A stretch of 64,000 nucleotides of DNA. It comes from a bacterium (GTDB lineage Bacteria; UBA8248). Positions 10,360-19,301 of this stretch are shown in pieces (the first letter of the stretch is position 1; each line of letters opens with the position of its first letter). The translations under genes and the position numbers were made by a program. The notes under the pieces were generated by a model. The model was not told the DNA's origin, made no database searches, and saw only the letters and a list, made by a program, of their open reading frames with translations. The stretch covers positions 2,336,001 through 2,400,000 of the forward strand of contig OZ241326.1 in assembly GCA_965199855.1 (NCBI GenBank), read 5' to 3'.

Positions 10360-10429
10360 TGCAATCGCAACGAAACAAGGCTTTCCAGGGCCGGATGATG
10401 GGCGGGATTGCGGAAAACGGGAGGCGAAG

Positions 10430-10690
10430 ATGACGGAGCGCAAAAAAACCCTGACGGATCAGTCCGGCAACCTGGTGGAGGGCACAGTCGTAGAGATAGC
10501 CGAATCCATCGAACGATTCAGCGAAGTGAAGCTCGCGGACGGAACGATCCTGAAAACGAAAATGTCCGCGATTGAGGCTACCCGAATCGATGACCAGTGG
10601 GACAAGGACGGCAACCCGATTTACCTTCTCCAGAGCAGCAACATCGTCGCGATCGCCGAATCGCCGGAGCGCCTGAAAAGGAGCCGATAA
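10430..10690 (+). CDS. Small hypothetical protein (cassette gene 1)
   Basis: GGAGG RBS before ATG; ORF ends 1 nt before the next ATG. Confidence 0.75.
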   Translation: MTERKKTLTDQSGNLVEGTVVEIAESIERFSEVKLADGTILKTKMSAIEATRIDDQWDKDGNPIYLLQSSNIVAIAESPERLKRSR

Positions 10691-10691
10691 G

Positions 10692-11225
10692 ATGGCCGCT
10701 TCGGAAGCCCCGCTACTCTCCTACAGCGGCGCAGGCTCATCTCCCGCGAGGTCCCGATCCTGTTCGCGGCTTTTTTCAGGCGATGAAGTCGAGAGGAAGG
10801 ATTGGACGGAAGAAGCGACTCTCGGCCGCGCGCATGACGAAGCTTGGCCCCGGATTTTCATTTTCGCCAGGCCGGGGCGGCAGGCCGTCCCGACCTGGCG
10901 CGCGCCGGATGAATACCAGCCCTTCATTCCAAAGGAGAGCATGTTCGCGCGATGGGTGGAGCAGTGGCGCGAGGAGAGAGGAGCCGCGTCTTCTCTGTCG
11001 GATATGTTCGCGTGTCCCTCATATCTGAAAATCATCGGGATGGGAGAAAGGGCGCTCCCGCTGATATTCGCCCGGCTCAGAAGCGAGAGGGACGACCCCG
11101 ATCACTGGTTCGCCGCCCTTGAGGCCATAACGGGCGAGAACCCGATCCCGGAAAATGATTGCGGAGACACGCTGAAAATGGCCGAGGCCTGGCTTTCATG
11201 GGCGGAAAAGAAGAGTGCCCGGTAG
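10692..11225 (+). CDS. Hypothetical protein (cassette gene 2), Trp-rich helical C-terminus
   Basis: PSYLKIIGMGERALPLI...DHWFAALEAITGENP...MAEAWLSW. Confidence 0.7.
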   Translation: MAASEAPLLSYSGAGSSPARSRSCSRLFSGDEVERKDWTEEATLGRAHDEAWPRIFIFARPGRQAVPTWRAPDEYQPFIPKESMFARWVEQWREERGAASSLSDMFACPSYLKIIGMGERALPLIFARLRSERDDPDHWFAALEAITGENPIPENDCGDTLKMAEAWLSWAEKKSAR

Positions 11226-11664
11226 CTGGACGCCCGATGATTTCCCGAAACTGCATTCCCTGAATCATCGCGTAACGAGCCCATGTAAAAATCGCTACAA
11301 CTGCATCGCCTGGGCGGCCGGCTCAGACGATAGATGGTGGTGGCCGACCAGATACGGGTTTTGGCCCCCGGGCGTTCCCAGGGAAGAAACCCTGGCCGCG
11401 TTCGCGGCCGCCTTCGCGACGCTCGGATATGCGGAATGCCGGGACGGCTCCCCGGAGAGAGGATACGAGAAGGTGGCGCTGTTCGCCCGGCGCGATGCGG
11501 AGGGTCGTCTTGCGCCTACGCACGCGGCGAAGCAGCTCGCCGATGGGCGCTGGACAAGCAAGCTCGGCCGCCTGGAAGACATCGAACACGGGGAAGCGGA
11601 GGACGTGAACGGACCGCTCTACGGAGCCCCCGTCCGATTCATGCGGCGCGCCGTTTCGCCCTGA
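11215..11664 (+). CDS. Papain-like Cys/His domain protein (DUF7689-like; cassette gene 3)
   Basis: YNCIAWA, THAAKQ, WTSKLG..EDIEH. Confidence 0.72.
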   Translation: MPGSWTPDDFPKLHSLNHRVTSPCKNRYNCIAWAAGSDDRWWWPTRYGFWPPGVPREETLAAFAAAFATLGYAECRDGSPERGYEKVALFARRDAEGRLAPTHAAKQLADGRWTSKLGRLEDIEHGEAEDVNGPLYGAPVRFMRRAVSP

Positions 11665-11668
11665 AAAA

Positions 11669-11690
11669 CGTTCAGGCGAGGGGCGAGCCG
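11669..11690. repeat. 22-bp direct repeat, copy 1
   Basis: CGTTCAGGCGAGGGGCGAGCCG; 21/22 identical to 12316-12337. Confidence 0.8.
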
Positions 11691-11721
11691 AGACCGCCGG
11701 AGCGGGAGCGCGGACGCCACG

Positions 11722-11895
11722 TCAAAAGGCTTTCTCCAGCCCCGCCTGCTTGAGAATTCCGTTGGCCGTGCGGCGGGATTTTATGACGCCGTCGACGGGA
11801 AACCGCTTCGAGCTAACGGGACTGCTCCGGATTTCGTGATCGCCCTTGCCCTGCCGCACGACGGAGCATCCCGCCTCCACGAGGAGTTTTTTCAG
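11722..11895 (-). pseudogene. HicA-family toxin remnant, no conventional start codon
   Basis: LKKLLVEAGCSVRQGKGDHEIRSSP...VDGVIKSRRTANGILKQAGLEKAF*; preceded in frame by TGA TAA. Confidence 0.75.
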
Positions 11896-11898
11896 TTA

Positions 11899-12141
11899 TC
11901 AGGCGAACGCCAACTCCCGCTCGAACCCGTTGAAGCGGGCTTGCGCCTGAAGCGGACGGGAGCCGCCTTCCAAAAGGTGGGCGTTCGCTTCCAGAAGTTC
12001 GGGGATGAGAACCTCGAGCTTCTCCTTGAGCTCCTCGGGCGTGGCCGCCTCGGTGACGAGCCCGGGAACGTCCTCGCTCGTCGCCACCCAGACCCGCGCC
12101 TCGGAATCCCAGTCGGCGGAAACCTCGATGGGCCGCGCCAT
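11899..12141 (-). CDS. DUF1902 (HicB-like) antitoxin
   Basis: WDSEARVWVATSEDVPGLVTEA. Confidence 0.85.
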   Translation of the reverse strand: MARPIEVSADWDSEARVWVATSEDVPGLVTEAATPEELKEKLEVLIPELLEANAHLLEGGSRPLQAQARFNGFERELAFA

Positions 12142-12240
12142 GATTCGCCTCCTTTCGCCTTCCGCTTGTTCGCTTCCTGCTTTCTACGATACGCGGGGCA
12201 AACAACAACCCTCCCTTGCGACTTTACAAGAATTCGCCAT

Positions 12241-12282
12241 ACATCGCAATATATTGTTAAACATTGTCATACATTGTCATAC
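12241..12282. repeat. Phased 10-bp direct repeats (possible operator)
   Basis: ACATCGCAAT ATATTGTTAA ACATTGTCAT ACATTGTCAT AC. Confidence 0.6.
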
Positions 12283-12315
12283 GCGATGCGTCGGCGAGCC
12301 TTGCGCCGCCGCGCG

Positions 12316-12337
12316 CGTTCAGGCGAGGGGCCAGCCG
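12316..12337. repeat. 22-bp direct repeat, copy 2
   Basis: CGTTCAGGCGAGGGGCCAGCCG. Confidence 0.8.
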
Positions 12338-12384
12338 CCGCGCGCGGCGATCGCCTCGTCAACGCGCGCCATGAGCCGGGCTGG

Positions 12385-15180
12385 TCAGCTTCCCCTTCCC
12401 CGCCGCCGCTTCGGCTCTCTCCCCGGCTTCAGGGGGGCGCGCATTTTCTCATACAGGGCGAAGAGATGCTCCACGCGCTCGCGCTCGGAGGAGAAGCCGC
12501 CGCGCCGATAGAGGCGGTCCACGGCGCGGTCGAGGGAGTGGTGGGCGCGGCGCAGGTCGGGCGGCATGAGGTCGGGGTCGTAGAGGTCGGCCAGCGTCGC
12601 CCCCGGGTGATTCGCGCGGGCGTCGAGAACGGCGCGGGCGAGCGGCTCCAGCCTCGACAGGCCGGCGCTCTTCGGCGGCGTCGGAAAGGTGTTATAGACG
12701 AGGCCGATGGAGTAACGGTAGTCGCTCTTGAGCCTCCCACCCACATAGCGAAGCCAGGCCATGTGCATGGCGGAGGTGAGCAGGGCGAAGTCGGCGAGGG
12801 CGGCGTTTTGAAGGATCAAGGAGGCTTCGCTGGGAATAACGGGCGGCTCTAACCAACCAAAAGGCGCGTACTCTCGACGCTCCGAGCTCACCCTGGGAAT
12901 AATCAGAAAGGGCGTTTCCGGAATTACGGTCACCCCATAGGCAGTCGGAAACTCTGTAAGGCGTTGCGTCGCCTTGCGTTTGCTCTTGGCGCGAAAATTG
13001 CGAACGGCTTGAAGCCTCTCCCTGACCATGGACAAATCTCGGAGTTTCTGAGGCGGAATATCCGCCGTGTGAAGTATCCACCTTTCTTTGCTTCTCAGAA
13101 ATTCCCGCGCCCCCAAAAAAGGGCGGAAATATGGAGCGGCGCCCGGCTCCCTTTCGATAAATGCGGCCTTAGAATCTGCCGAGAACGTGAGGTTTCCGTC
13201 TTCAAGGGGTTGCGTGCCGAAAATAAGCCTCCGCATCCCGTTGATCGGCTTGCTCTCCTCCCGAACCGTCAGATGCGGGTCGGCGAGGCCGCCCGCGTCG
13301 AACAGATAGGGCGAGAGGGCGGCGTGGCGGCTCTCCTGCGGATCGCCGCTGACGTCGGGGTAGCTGAACAGCCGCTTCTCCGCCCGCGCCGCCTCCCGGG
13401 CGTCCAGCCCGACGATGACGACGTGCACGCGCGCCTTTCCCCGCGCGTCCGACCCCCAGGCGAAGGTGCGGTGGGCGAAGGCTATCTCCAGCCTGCATCG
13501 GTCGAAAAGAACCGGCCAAAGCTGCGCCGCTCCCTCCCCCTGCGTAATCGAGTTGGTGGCGACGAGGCCGACCCGCGTCCCGCTCTTTCGCAGATACTCC
13601 CCCGCCCGGATGAACCAGGCGGTCACGTAGTCCAGCGTCCCGCCGCTCCCGCCCAGGTCGGCGACCCGGCGCGTCTGCGCGCGCTGGTCGGGCGTCTGGA
13701 ATTTCGCGCCGACGAACGGCGGATTGCCGAACACGAAATCGCACTCGGCGGGCGGCAGAAGCTCCGCCCAGTCGAACTCCAGCGCGTCCGCGCAACGGAC
13801 GTGCGGGGAGATCGTGAGCGGAATGCGGGTATAGGTTTGGCCGAACTCCAGGCTCAGGCGGTTGTTCATGATGTGATCCATCATCCAGAGCGCGGTCTCG
13901 GCGATGCGCGCCGGAAACTCGGCGATCTCGACGCCGTAGAACTGATCCACGGTGACGCGGGAAAGCGCGGCGGCGTCGAGCTCCCGCTGCTCTCCCGACG
14001 CGCGAGAGGAGCGAAGCTCGCGCATCACCTCCATCTCCAGCGTCCGCAGCTCGCGGTAGGCGATGATGAGGAAGTTCCCGCAGCCGCAGGCCGGGTCGAA
14101 GAACGTCATCTCCCCCAGCCGCTTCTGGAAGGCTTCCAGTTCGGCGCGGCGGCGGCTGTCCCTTCGCGCCTTGAGCCGCTCGAACTCCGCCCGCAGATCG
14201 TCCAGAAAGAGCGGCTCGATGACCTTCAGGATGTTCTTCTCGGTGGTGTAGTGCGCCCCCTGCGCGCGGCGCTCCGCCGGGTTCATCACGGACTGAAAGA
14301 GCGCGCCGAAGATGGCGGGGGAGATGTTCGACCAGTCGAAGCGGCAGGTTTCGAGCAGGGCGCGGCGCATGGGCGCGTCGAAGGAGGGAATGCGCAGGGC
14401 GTCCTTGAAGAGGTCGCCGTTCACGTAGGAGAAGCGGGCGAGGTCTTCATCCAGCGTCGCCGCGCGCTCCTCCGGCGGCGTATTCAGCACCTGAAAAAGC
14501 AGCGCCAGCCGGGGGCCGAGGTCGGCGCCGTCCTCGCTCGTCCGCTCCTCCAGGAATTCCATGAACAGGTCGCGCGGCTCGAAGATGCCGGTGTCGTCCG
14601 CGAACAGGCAGAAGACGAGGCGCACCAGAAAGCGCTCCAGATCATGCCCCCGGTAGCCGGCTTCCGCCAGCGCGTCGTGCAGCCCGCCGGCGAGCTCGGC
14701 GGCCTTGACGTTGGCGGGATCCTGATCCCGAAAAGCCCGGCGCTGCACGCCCAGGATGAAGCCGAATTTCTCGAGATGCGCGGGCAGGTCGGCGAGGGCG
14801 AAGGCCGTCCGCTCGCGCTCGTCGAGGTCCCGGAGCTCGAACGTCCTGAAGTCGCTGACCAGGATATAGCGGGGCCTGTCCTTCTCGGGCAGGGCGTCGA
14901 AGTACGTCCCCGCCTGCTCGTAGGCTTCGTCCAGGTCGCGCCCCGCGCTCTTCTGCTCGACGATGAGGACGCCCGGCCAGAACAGGTCGATGTAGCCGCC
15001 CGTGTCGTCGAGCCGCTTCACGCGCTCCTCGTAGCGCGCGACGGTGCGGCGCCTGACGCCGAAAATCTCGAAAAACTCGTTGTAGAAGCTCTGCGTCTCG
15101 CCCTTCTCGTAGCCCGCCCCCTCCCAGCGGCGGGCGAACGCCGCCGCGCGGGCGCGCATCTCGTTCCAGGAAAGGCGCAT
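12385..15180 (-). CDS. MmeI-family type IIG restriction-modification enzyme
   Basis: YIDLFWPG..VEQKS nuclease region, GAHYT, DPACGCGNFL, GNPPF, GRLKSDYRYS. Confidence 0.92.
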   Translation of the reverse strand: MRLSWNEMRARAAAFARRWEGAGYEKGETQSFYNEFFEIFGVRRRTVARYEERVKRLDDTGGYIDLFWPGVLIVEQKSAGRDLDEAYEQAGTYFDALPEKDRPRYILVSDFRTFELRDLDERERTAFALADLPAHLEKFGFILGVQRRAFRDQDPANVKAAELAGGLHDALAEAGYRGHDLERFLVRLVFCLFADDTGIFEPRDLFMEFLEERTSEDGADLGPRLALLFQVLNTPPEERAATLDEDLARFSYVNGDLFKDALRIPSFDAPMRRALLETCRFDWSNISPAIFGALFQSVMNPAERRAQGAHYTTEKNILKVIEPLFLDDLRAEFERLKARRDSRRRAELEAFQKRLGEMTFFDPACGCGNFLIIAYRELRTLEMEVMRELRSSRASGEQRELDAAALSRVTVDQFYGVEIAEFPARIAETALWMMDHIMNNRLSLEFGQTYTRIPLTISPHVRCADALEFDWAELLPPAECDFVFGNPPFVGAKFQTPDQRAQTRRVADLGGSGGTLDYVTAWFIRAGEYLRKSGTRVGLVATNSITQGEGAAQLWPVLFDRCRLEIAFAHRTFAWGSDARGKARVHVVIVGLDAREAARAEKRLFSYPDVSGDPQESRHAALSPYLFDAGGLADPHLTVREESKPINGMRRLIFGTQPLEDGNLTFSADSKAAFIEREPGAAPYFRPFLGAREFLRSKERWILHTADIPPQKLRDLSMVRERLQAVRNFRAKSKRKATQRLTEFPTAYGVTVIPETPFLIIPRVSSERREYAPFGWLEPPVIPSEASLILQNAALADFALLTSAMHMAWLRYVGGRLKSDYRYSIGLVYNTFPTPPKSAGLSRLEPLARAVLDARANHPGATLADLYDPDLMPPDLRRAHHSLDRAVDRLYRRGGFSSERERVEHLFALYEKMRAPLKPGREPKRRRGRGS

Positions 15181-15229
15181 CAGAGCCTCGGAATCCGGCG
15201 AGACGCGAAGGGAGGAAAGATAGTCAGGT

Positions 15230-15574
15230 TCACCCCTCCCGCCCGGTCTGCGGCTCCCGGGCGGGGTCGATTTCGTAGAGGTAGTCGAACGAATAGATGC
15301 CCGCGCCGCATCCCCCCCGCCAGATGAAGTTGATGGCGTAGCGCCCCACCATCTCGGCGTTTTCGAGCTCGGCGGGGCCTTCCGGCCCCGTGAGGACGAC
15401 GAGGGGGTTCCTCTCCCGCTCCCTGCGCTTCTCCTTGCAGTTCGCGCACGGGCAGAGGGCGGCGAGGTAGTCGAAGCCGAACGCGCTCCTCTCCCCGCTC
15501 GCCCACTCCACGCGCAGCTGGCGGGCGCGCTTGTCCACCGTGAGATCGACGGGGGTGGCGGCGTCCGCGCTCAC
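15230..15574 (-). CDS. DUF971 / GBBH-N-like domain protein
   Basis: CPCANC, VGRYAINFIW, GIYSFDYL. Confidence 0.85.
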   Translation of the reverse strand: MSADAATPVDLTVDKRARQLRVEWASGERSAFGFDYLAALCPCANCKEKRRERERNPLVVLTGPEGPAELENAEMVGRYAINFIWRGGCGAGIYSFDYLYEIDPAREPQTGREG

Positions 15575-15595
15575 GGGAGGCGTCCCCCGGCGCGC

Positions 15596-16255
15596 CTAGC
15601 GCGCCCTGACGCCGTATTTCTCATACTTCTTCGCCGAGGCGGAGGTGCGCCGGGCGGATTCGGGCGTCTTGAGCTCCAGCAGATAGGGGCGCTCGGCCGA
15701 GGCGGCGCGCACGGCGTCCAGGAGGCCCTCCTCGTCCCCGCCGCTCTCCCATTCGCCCTCCTCGAGCTTCACGAAGACGGGCTTGCCCTCCCCGAAGTCC
15801 AGCGTGGGCACGCCGAAGATGCCCTGCGCCTCGGCCTCCTCGTGCTCCCGCGCGATGAGGGGGACGGTCGCCCCGCTCTTCATGTCCTCCTCCCAGCGCG
15901 CCGCGTCGAGGCCGACCTCCACGGCGAGGTCGCGCAGCACGAGCTCGCTCGTGATGTCCTTGCCGTCCCTGTGCCGCGCCCTGTGGAGGGCGACGTGGTA
16001 GCGGTCGAACTCCGCCTCGCCCTGGAGCGCCGCGCACTTCGCCGCCTGATGGGGAGGCATGTCCCGGCTCGGGAAGGTCTTGTCCTCCCAGGCCTTCCAG
16101 TCCTCGCCCCTTGCGGGGCCGAAATTCGCCTGCTCCAGCACGAAGGCCCTGTAATCGACCTTGAGGCCGCTTCTCTTCTCCCGAAGACGAACGAGCCACT
16201 CCATGGCCCGGTAGGCGTAGGGTCAGACGTAGCAGTTCCACATGGTGAGGTTCAT
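15596..16255 (-). CDS. DsbA/FrnE-like probable selenoprotein (C-Y-V-U-P)
   Basis: ATG at 16255 gives MNLTMWNCYV-TGA(16225-16223)-PYAYRAMEW, in frame with the 202-aa ORF (GIFGVPT cis-Pro loop); hairpin follows. Confidence 0.82.
16192..16210 (-). promoter_or_regulatory. SECIS-like hairpin
   Basis: CGGGCCA-TGGAG-TGGCTCG, loop 19 nt after TGA. Confidence 0.65.
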
Positions 16256-16335
16256 GGCTTTCTCCCCGTGAAAAAGACTCGGAAACGACGCGCCGCCATT
16301 ATACGCCGTGAAGCGGGCGCGGGAAAGCGGGCGCG

Positions 16336-16364
16336 TTGACAAAAACGAAAAACGCGGATATTTT
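16336..16364 (+). promoter_or_regulatory. Putative sigma70 promoter (a divergent minus-strand TATAAT lies at 16298-16303)
   Basis: TTGACA-17nt-TATTTT. Confidence 0.6.
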
Positions 16365-16423
16365 CTTAGCAATGTCGAGTAATTCAATCAACAATGAAGA
16401 AATAATAAAACGGAAAATCCCGC

Positions 16424-16888
16424 ATGGAGCATGGAATGCCTGATCCGGAGAGGCGGCCGGCGTTTCTGGACGAGGCGGCGGCGGACAGGGTGAGGACGGC
16501 GGCGCTGCTCATCGGGCGGGGCGGCCGCGCCAGAGGCGCGAACGAGGCGCTCTTCCGCGTCGCGGCGCATCTTCAAAGGGCGTGGCCCCGCCGCGTGCTG
16601 GAAGCGGCGTTTCTGGAGATCGGCGACCCCTCCATCCCCGGGGGAATCGACCTTTGCGTCGAGAGGGGAGCGGAGAGAATCATCGTCATCCCCTGCTTTC
16701 TCTTCAGGGGCGATCGCGTGAAGACGGATTTGCTCGCGTTCCTCAGGGAGGGCCGGGAGAAATACGCGGACATCGACGTCATCCTGGGGCCGCATCTGGG
16801 CTTTCACCCCAAGCTCATCGAGATCGTGGACGAGCGCATCCGGCAGGTGCTCGAAACGCTGGAATTCGAGGAGAAGGCCGCGCCATGA
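16424..16888 (+). CDS. CbiX/SirB-like chelatase-fold protein
   Basis: AAFLEIGDPSI, IIVIPCFLF.G, LGFHPKL; the usual His residues are absent. Confidence 0.8.
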   Translation: MEHGMPDPERRPAFLDEAAADRVRTAALLIGRGGRARGANEALFRVAAHLQRAWPRRVLEAAFLEIGDPSIPGGIDLCVERGAERIIVIPCFLFRGDRVKTDLLAFLREGREKYADIDVILGPHLGFHPKLIEIVDERIRQVLETLEFEEKAAP

Positions 16889-16955
16889 GGCAATGAAGCG
16901 CCCCCGCCCCCGCGCCTGAGTTTCACGCTCCGAGCCAAAGTGCTTTAATGCGGGC

Positions 16956-17852
16956 ATGTCCGAGCCCGCCGCCCTCTACGCCCTCGTCTCCGCGGCGCTG
17001 CTCGCGCTCCGGGACATCTTCGGGCGCCTGGGCGTCCGGGGCATCGACCCCATATCGGGCTCGGCCTTCACCGCCCTCGTCGGCCTCCCCGTTCTCTGGA
17101 GCGTCTCCGTCCTGCTGGGAGACTTCTCGGACCCCTGGCCGGGCTGGACCTGGCCGCTTCTGTTCATCGGCGCGTCGGGGATTCTCAGGGTCTTCATCGC
17201 GCGCACGATGCTCTTCGCCGCCACGCAATACATCGGCGCGGCGCGAGCGAGCGCCATCGCCGCGACGAACCTGCTGTTCGCCGTCCTCCTGGGCGTCGTC
17301 CTGCTGGGGGAGAGCCTCACGCTCCCCATCGGGCTGGGCGCCGCCCTGGTGTTCGCAGGCTACGTTTTCATCTCCCGGAGCCGCCCCGACGGCCATGGAA
17401 AGGCGCCCCGCCGCCGCTCCTACGCCGGCATGGGGCTGGCGCTCGGCTGCGCGGCGGCGTTCGGAGCGGGCGCGGTGTTCGCGCGCCCGGCGGTGGGCTT
17501 CTTCACCTCCGCGAACGAGGCGAATTTCTACTCCAACCTTTTCGCCGTCCTGCCCTTTCTGCCCTTCTTCGCCCGCAGGGGAAAGACGGGGGAGACCGGG
17601 CGCTGGACCATGCGCAACCGGGGCTTTCTCCTGCTGGCCGGACTCTCGGCGAGCCTCGGCGTCACGTTCCTCTACCTCGCCCTGGCGAACGCGCCCGTCG
17701 TCTACGCCTTTCCCATCTCGCAGTCGAGGCCCCTGTTCGCCATCGCGATAGCGCGGCTGTTCCTTCAATCCGAAGAAAGGGTGAACCGGCGCGTCCTGGC
17801 GGGGGCGGGGGCGATTTTCGCGGGGACGAGCGTTCTGATTTTCAAGGGATGA
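16956..17852 (+). CDS. DMT/EamA family transporter
   Basis: Multiple TM helices in two repeats, LLGESLT, LFLQSEE. Confidence 0.85.
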   Translation: MSEPAALYALVSAALLALRDIFGRLGVRGIDPISGSAFTALVGLPVLWSVSVLLGDFSDPWPGWTWPLLFIGASGILRVFIARTMLFAATQYIGAARASAIAATNLLFAVLLGVVLLGESLTLPIGLGAALVFAGYVFISRSRPDGHGKAPRRRSYAGMGLALGCAAAFGAGAVFARPAVGFFTSANEANFYSNLFAVLPFLPFFARRGKTGETGRWTMRNRGFLLLAGLSASLGVTFLYLALANAPVVYAFPISQSRPLFAIAIARLFLQSEERVNRRVLAGAGAIFAGTSVLIFKG

Positions 17853-17923
17853 CGCGCCTTCCGGCATCGGGCGGGCGAGCGGCCCCGTTGCCGGCTGCGC
17901 GCGCGAACGCATCTTGCCGCCCG

Positions 17924-18517
17924 TCAGCGCAAACTCTCGCAGCGCCCTCGCTTCGCCCGAAATTCCTCCTCCTGGACGCGGCCAAAGAACGCCAGAATTT
18001 CAATCTCCCTCACGCATAACCAATAGGAGGGCCGCCTGAAATGTCCCGCATACGCTTCGCATCCTTTCCCGTCGCCCTCGATTTGGTGGCCCACCACCCG
18101 GTATTCATCATCAACCTCAACGGTAACCGCGCAGTGATAGGCGCGCATTCTCTCGTGCCGTATCGTCAGGCACTCGGTTCTCTTTGGAACGGATCGCTTG
18201 ACGCCGCCTTTCACGGAAGTATATGCGGAATACTCCGTACATCTGGTCTCCGGGACTGAATCCGCCACATGCTCCACGCGCTTCCATATATGCAGCCGGC
18301 GTCCTGCAACGGACGTCTCCGAACTGGGATAACCCATCACCGCGACAAGTCTGTCGATATGCTCGCCATACAGCTCCGACAGTCCTCGCGCGAGAACGGC
18401 ATCCGTCGTGAATGACGTGGGCGTGAAGCGGAAGGTCGCGCATCCTGCCGCCGTCAGGAGAGCGAAGCAGACAACGGACGCTCTCGCAAAAGCAGTTTTA
18501 CGGCGGCGCTTTCTCAT
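17924..18517 (-). CDS. Hypothetical lipoprotein
   Basis: Basic N-terminus plus lipobox TAAGC; lower GC than neighbours. Confidence 0.65.
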   Translation of the reverse strand: MRKRRRKTAFARASVVCFALLTAAGCATFRFTPTSFTTDAVLARGLSELYGEHIDRLVAVMGYPSSETSVAGRRLHIWKRVEHVADSVPETRCTEYSAYTSVKGGVKRSVPKRTECLTIRHERMRAYHCAVTVEVDDEYRVVGHQIEGDGKGCEAYAGHFRRPSYWLCVREIEILAFFGRVQEEEFRAKRGRCESLR

Positions 18518-18639
18518 GGCGCGGATGTCTCTCGATAATGAAAGATGAGCATCCCGGCGGCCTTGCGGCGCGAAAAACCAAGGGAAGCGGCGCCTATGCG
18601 CATCCCGACCGGCCGGCGGCGCGCGGCAATCCCGGGGCT

Positions 18640-19290
18640 TCAGTGCGTGTGGGTCATCGCCATCATGATCACGCGCTCGATTTCGAGAATCGCGTCGCTC
18701 ACTTCGCGGCCGAGCAGATCCAGCTTGCGGATCTGCTCGATGCGGGGACGGATGCGGTTGATCTCCTTGCTGGCGAACAGGTAGCGCAGAATGTCGCAGG
18801 CGTCGGCGAGGCAGATGATGGCGACGTCCCTCGGGTCCGGCGCCTCGTCCGACAGCAGCACGCCCGTGATGCGCAGCTTCACCTCGCGCTCGGCGCGCCC
18901 GTCGATGGTCGGATACCTCCGCGCCCGGAAGACCCAGAGGAATTTCTCCTCCTGGGACTCCAGAATGCCCTTTTCCACCAGGCCGGCGAGCACCTGGCTT
19001 CGGATGTCGGCGGTCTCGGCGGAAATCGCCTCGATCCAGGCCTTCGCGTCCTTCGTCTCCCCGGAGGCCGCGATGTCGGCCAGAATCCGGTCCTGCGCCG
19101 GATGACCCGTCGGGGTCTTGTCCAGAACCAGCAGCCGCTCGGGGTCGGTGTCGATGCGGTTCGCGAACGCCAGGTCCATCAGGACGGCGCCGGCGAGCAC
19201 GTATCCCATCGTGCTTTCTCGAACGGGCAGGAAGGAGCCTTTCTCGTCGTCCAGCATGAGCAGGAGGATTTCGTCGGCGAATGTCAGCAT
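18640..19290 (-). CDS. GPP34 (GOLPH3/Vps74-like) family protein
   Basis: LTFADEILLL, LAGAVLMDL, LVEKGIL...FLWVF..RRYP. Confidence 0.85.
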   Translation of the reverse strand: MLTFADEILLLMLDDEKGSFLPVRESTMGYVLAGAVLMDLAFANRIDTDPERLLVLDKTPTGHPAQDRILADIAASGETKDAKAWIEAISAETADIRSQVLAGLVEKGILESQEEKFLWVFRARRYPTIDGRAEREVKLRITGVLLSDEAPDPRDVAIICLADACDILRYLFASKEINRIRPRIEQIRKLDLLGREVSDAILEIERVIMMAMTHTH

Positions 19291-19301
19291 GGGGCGCTCC
19301 T

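Noticed and set aside
11669-12337. Integron attC sites or CRISPR repeats
   Set aside because: Only two copies ~650 bp apart, no GTTRRRY/RYYYAAC pairing, and no intI or cas genes; no CRISPR array was seen in the window.
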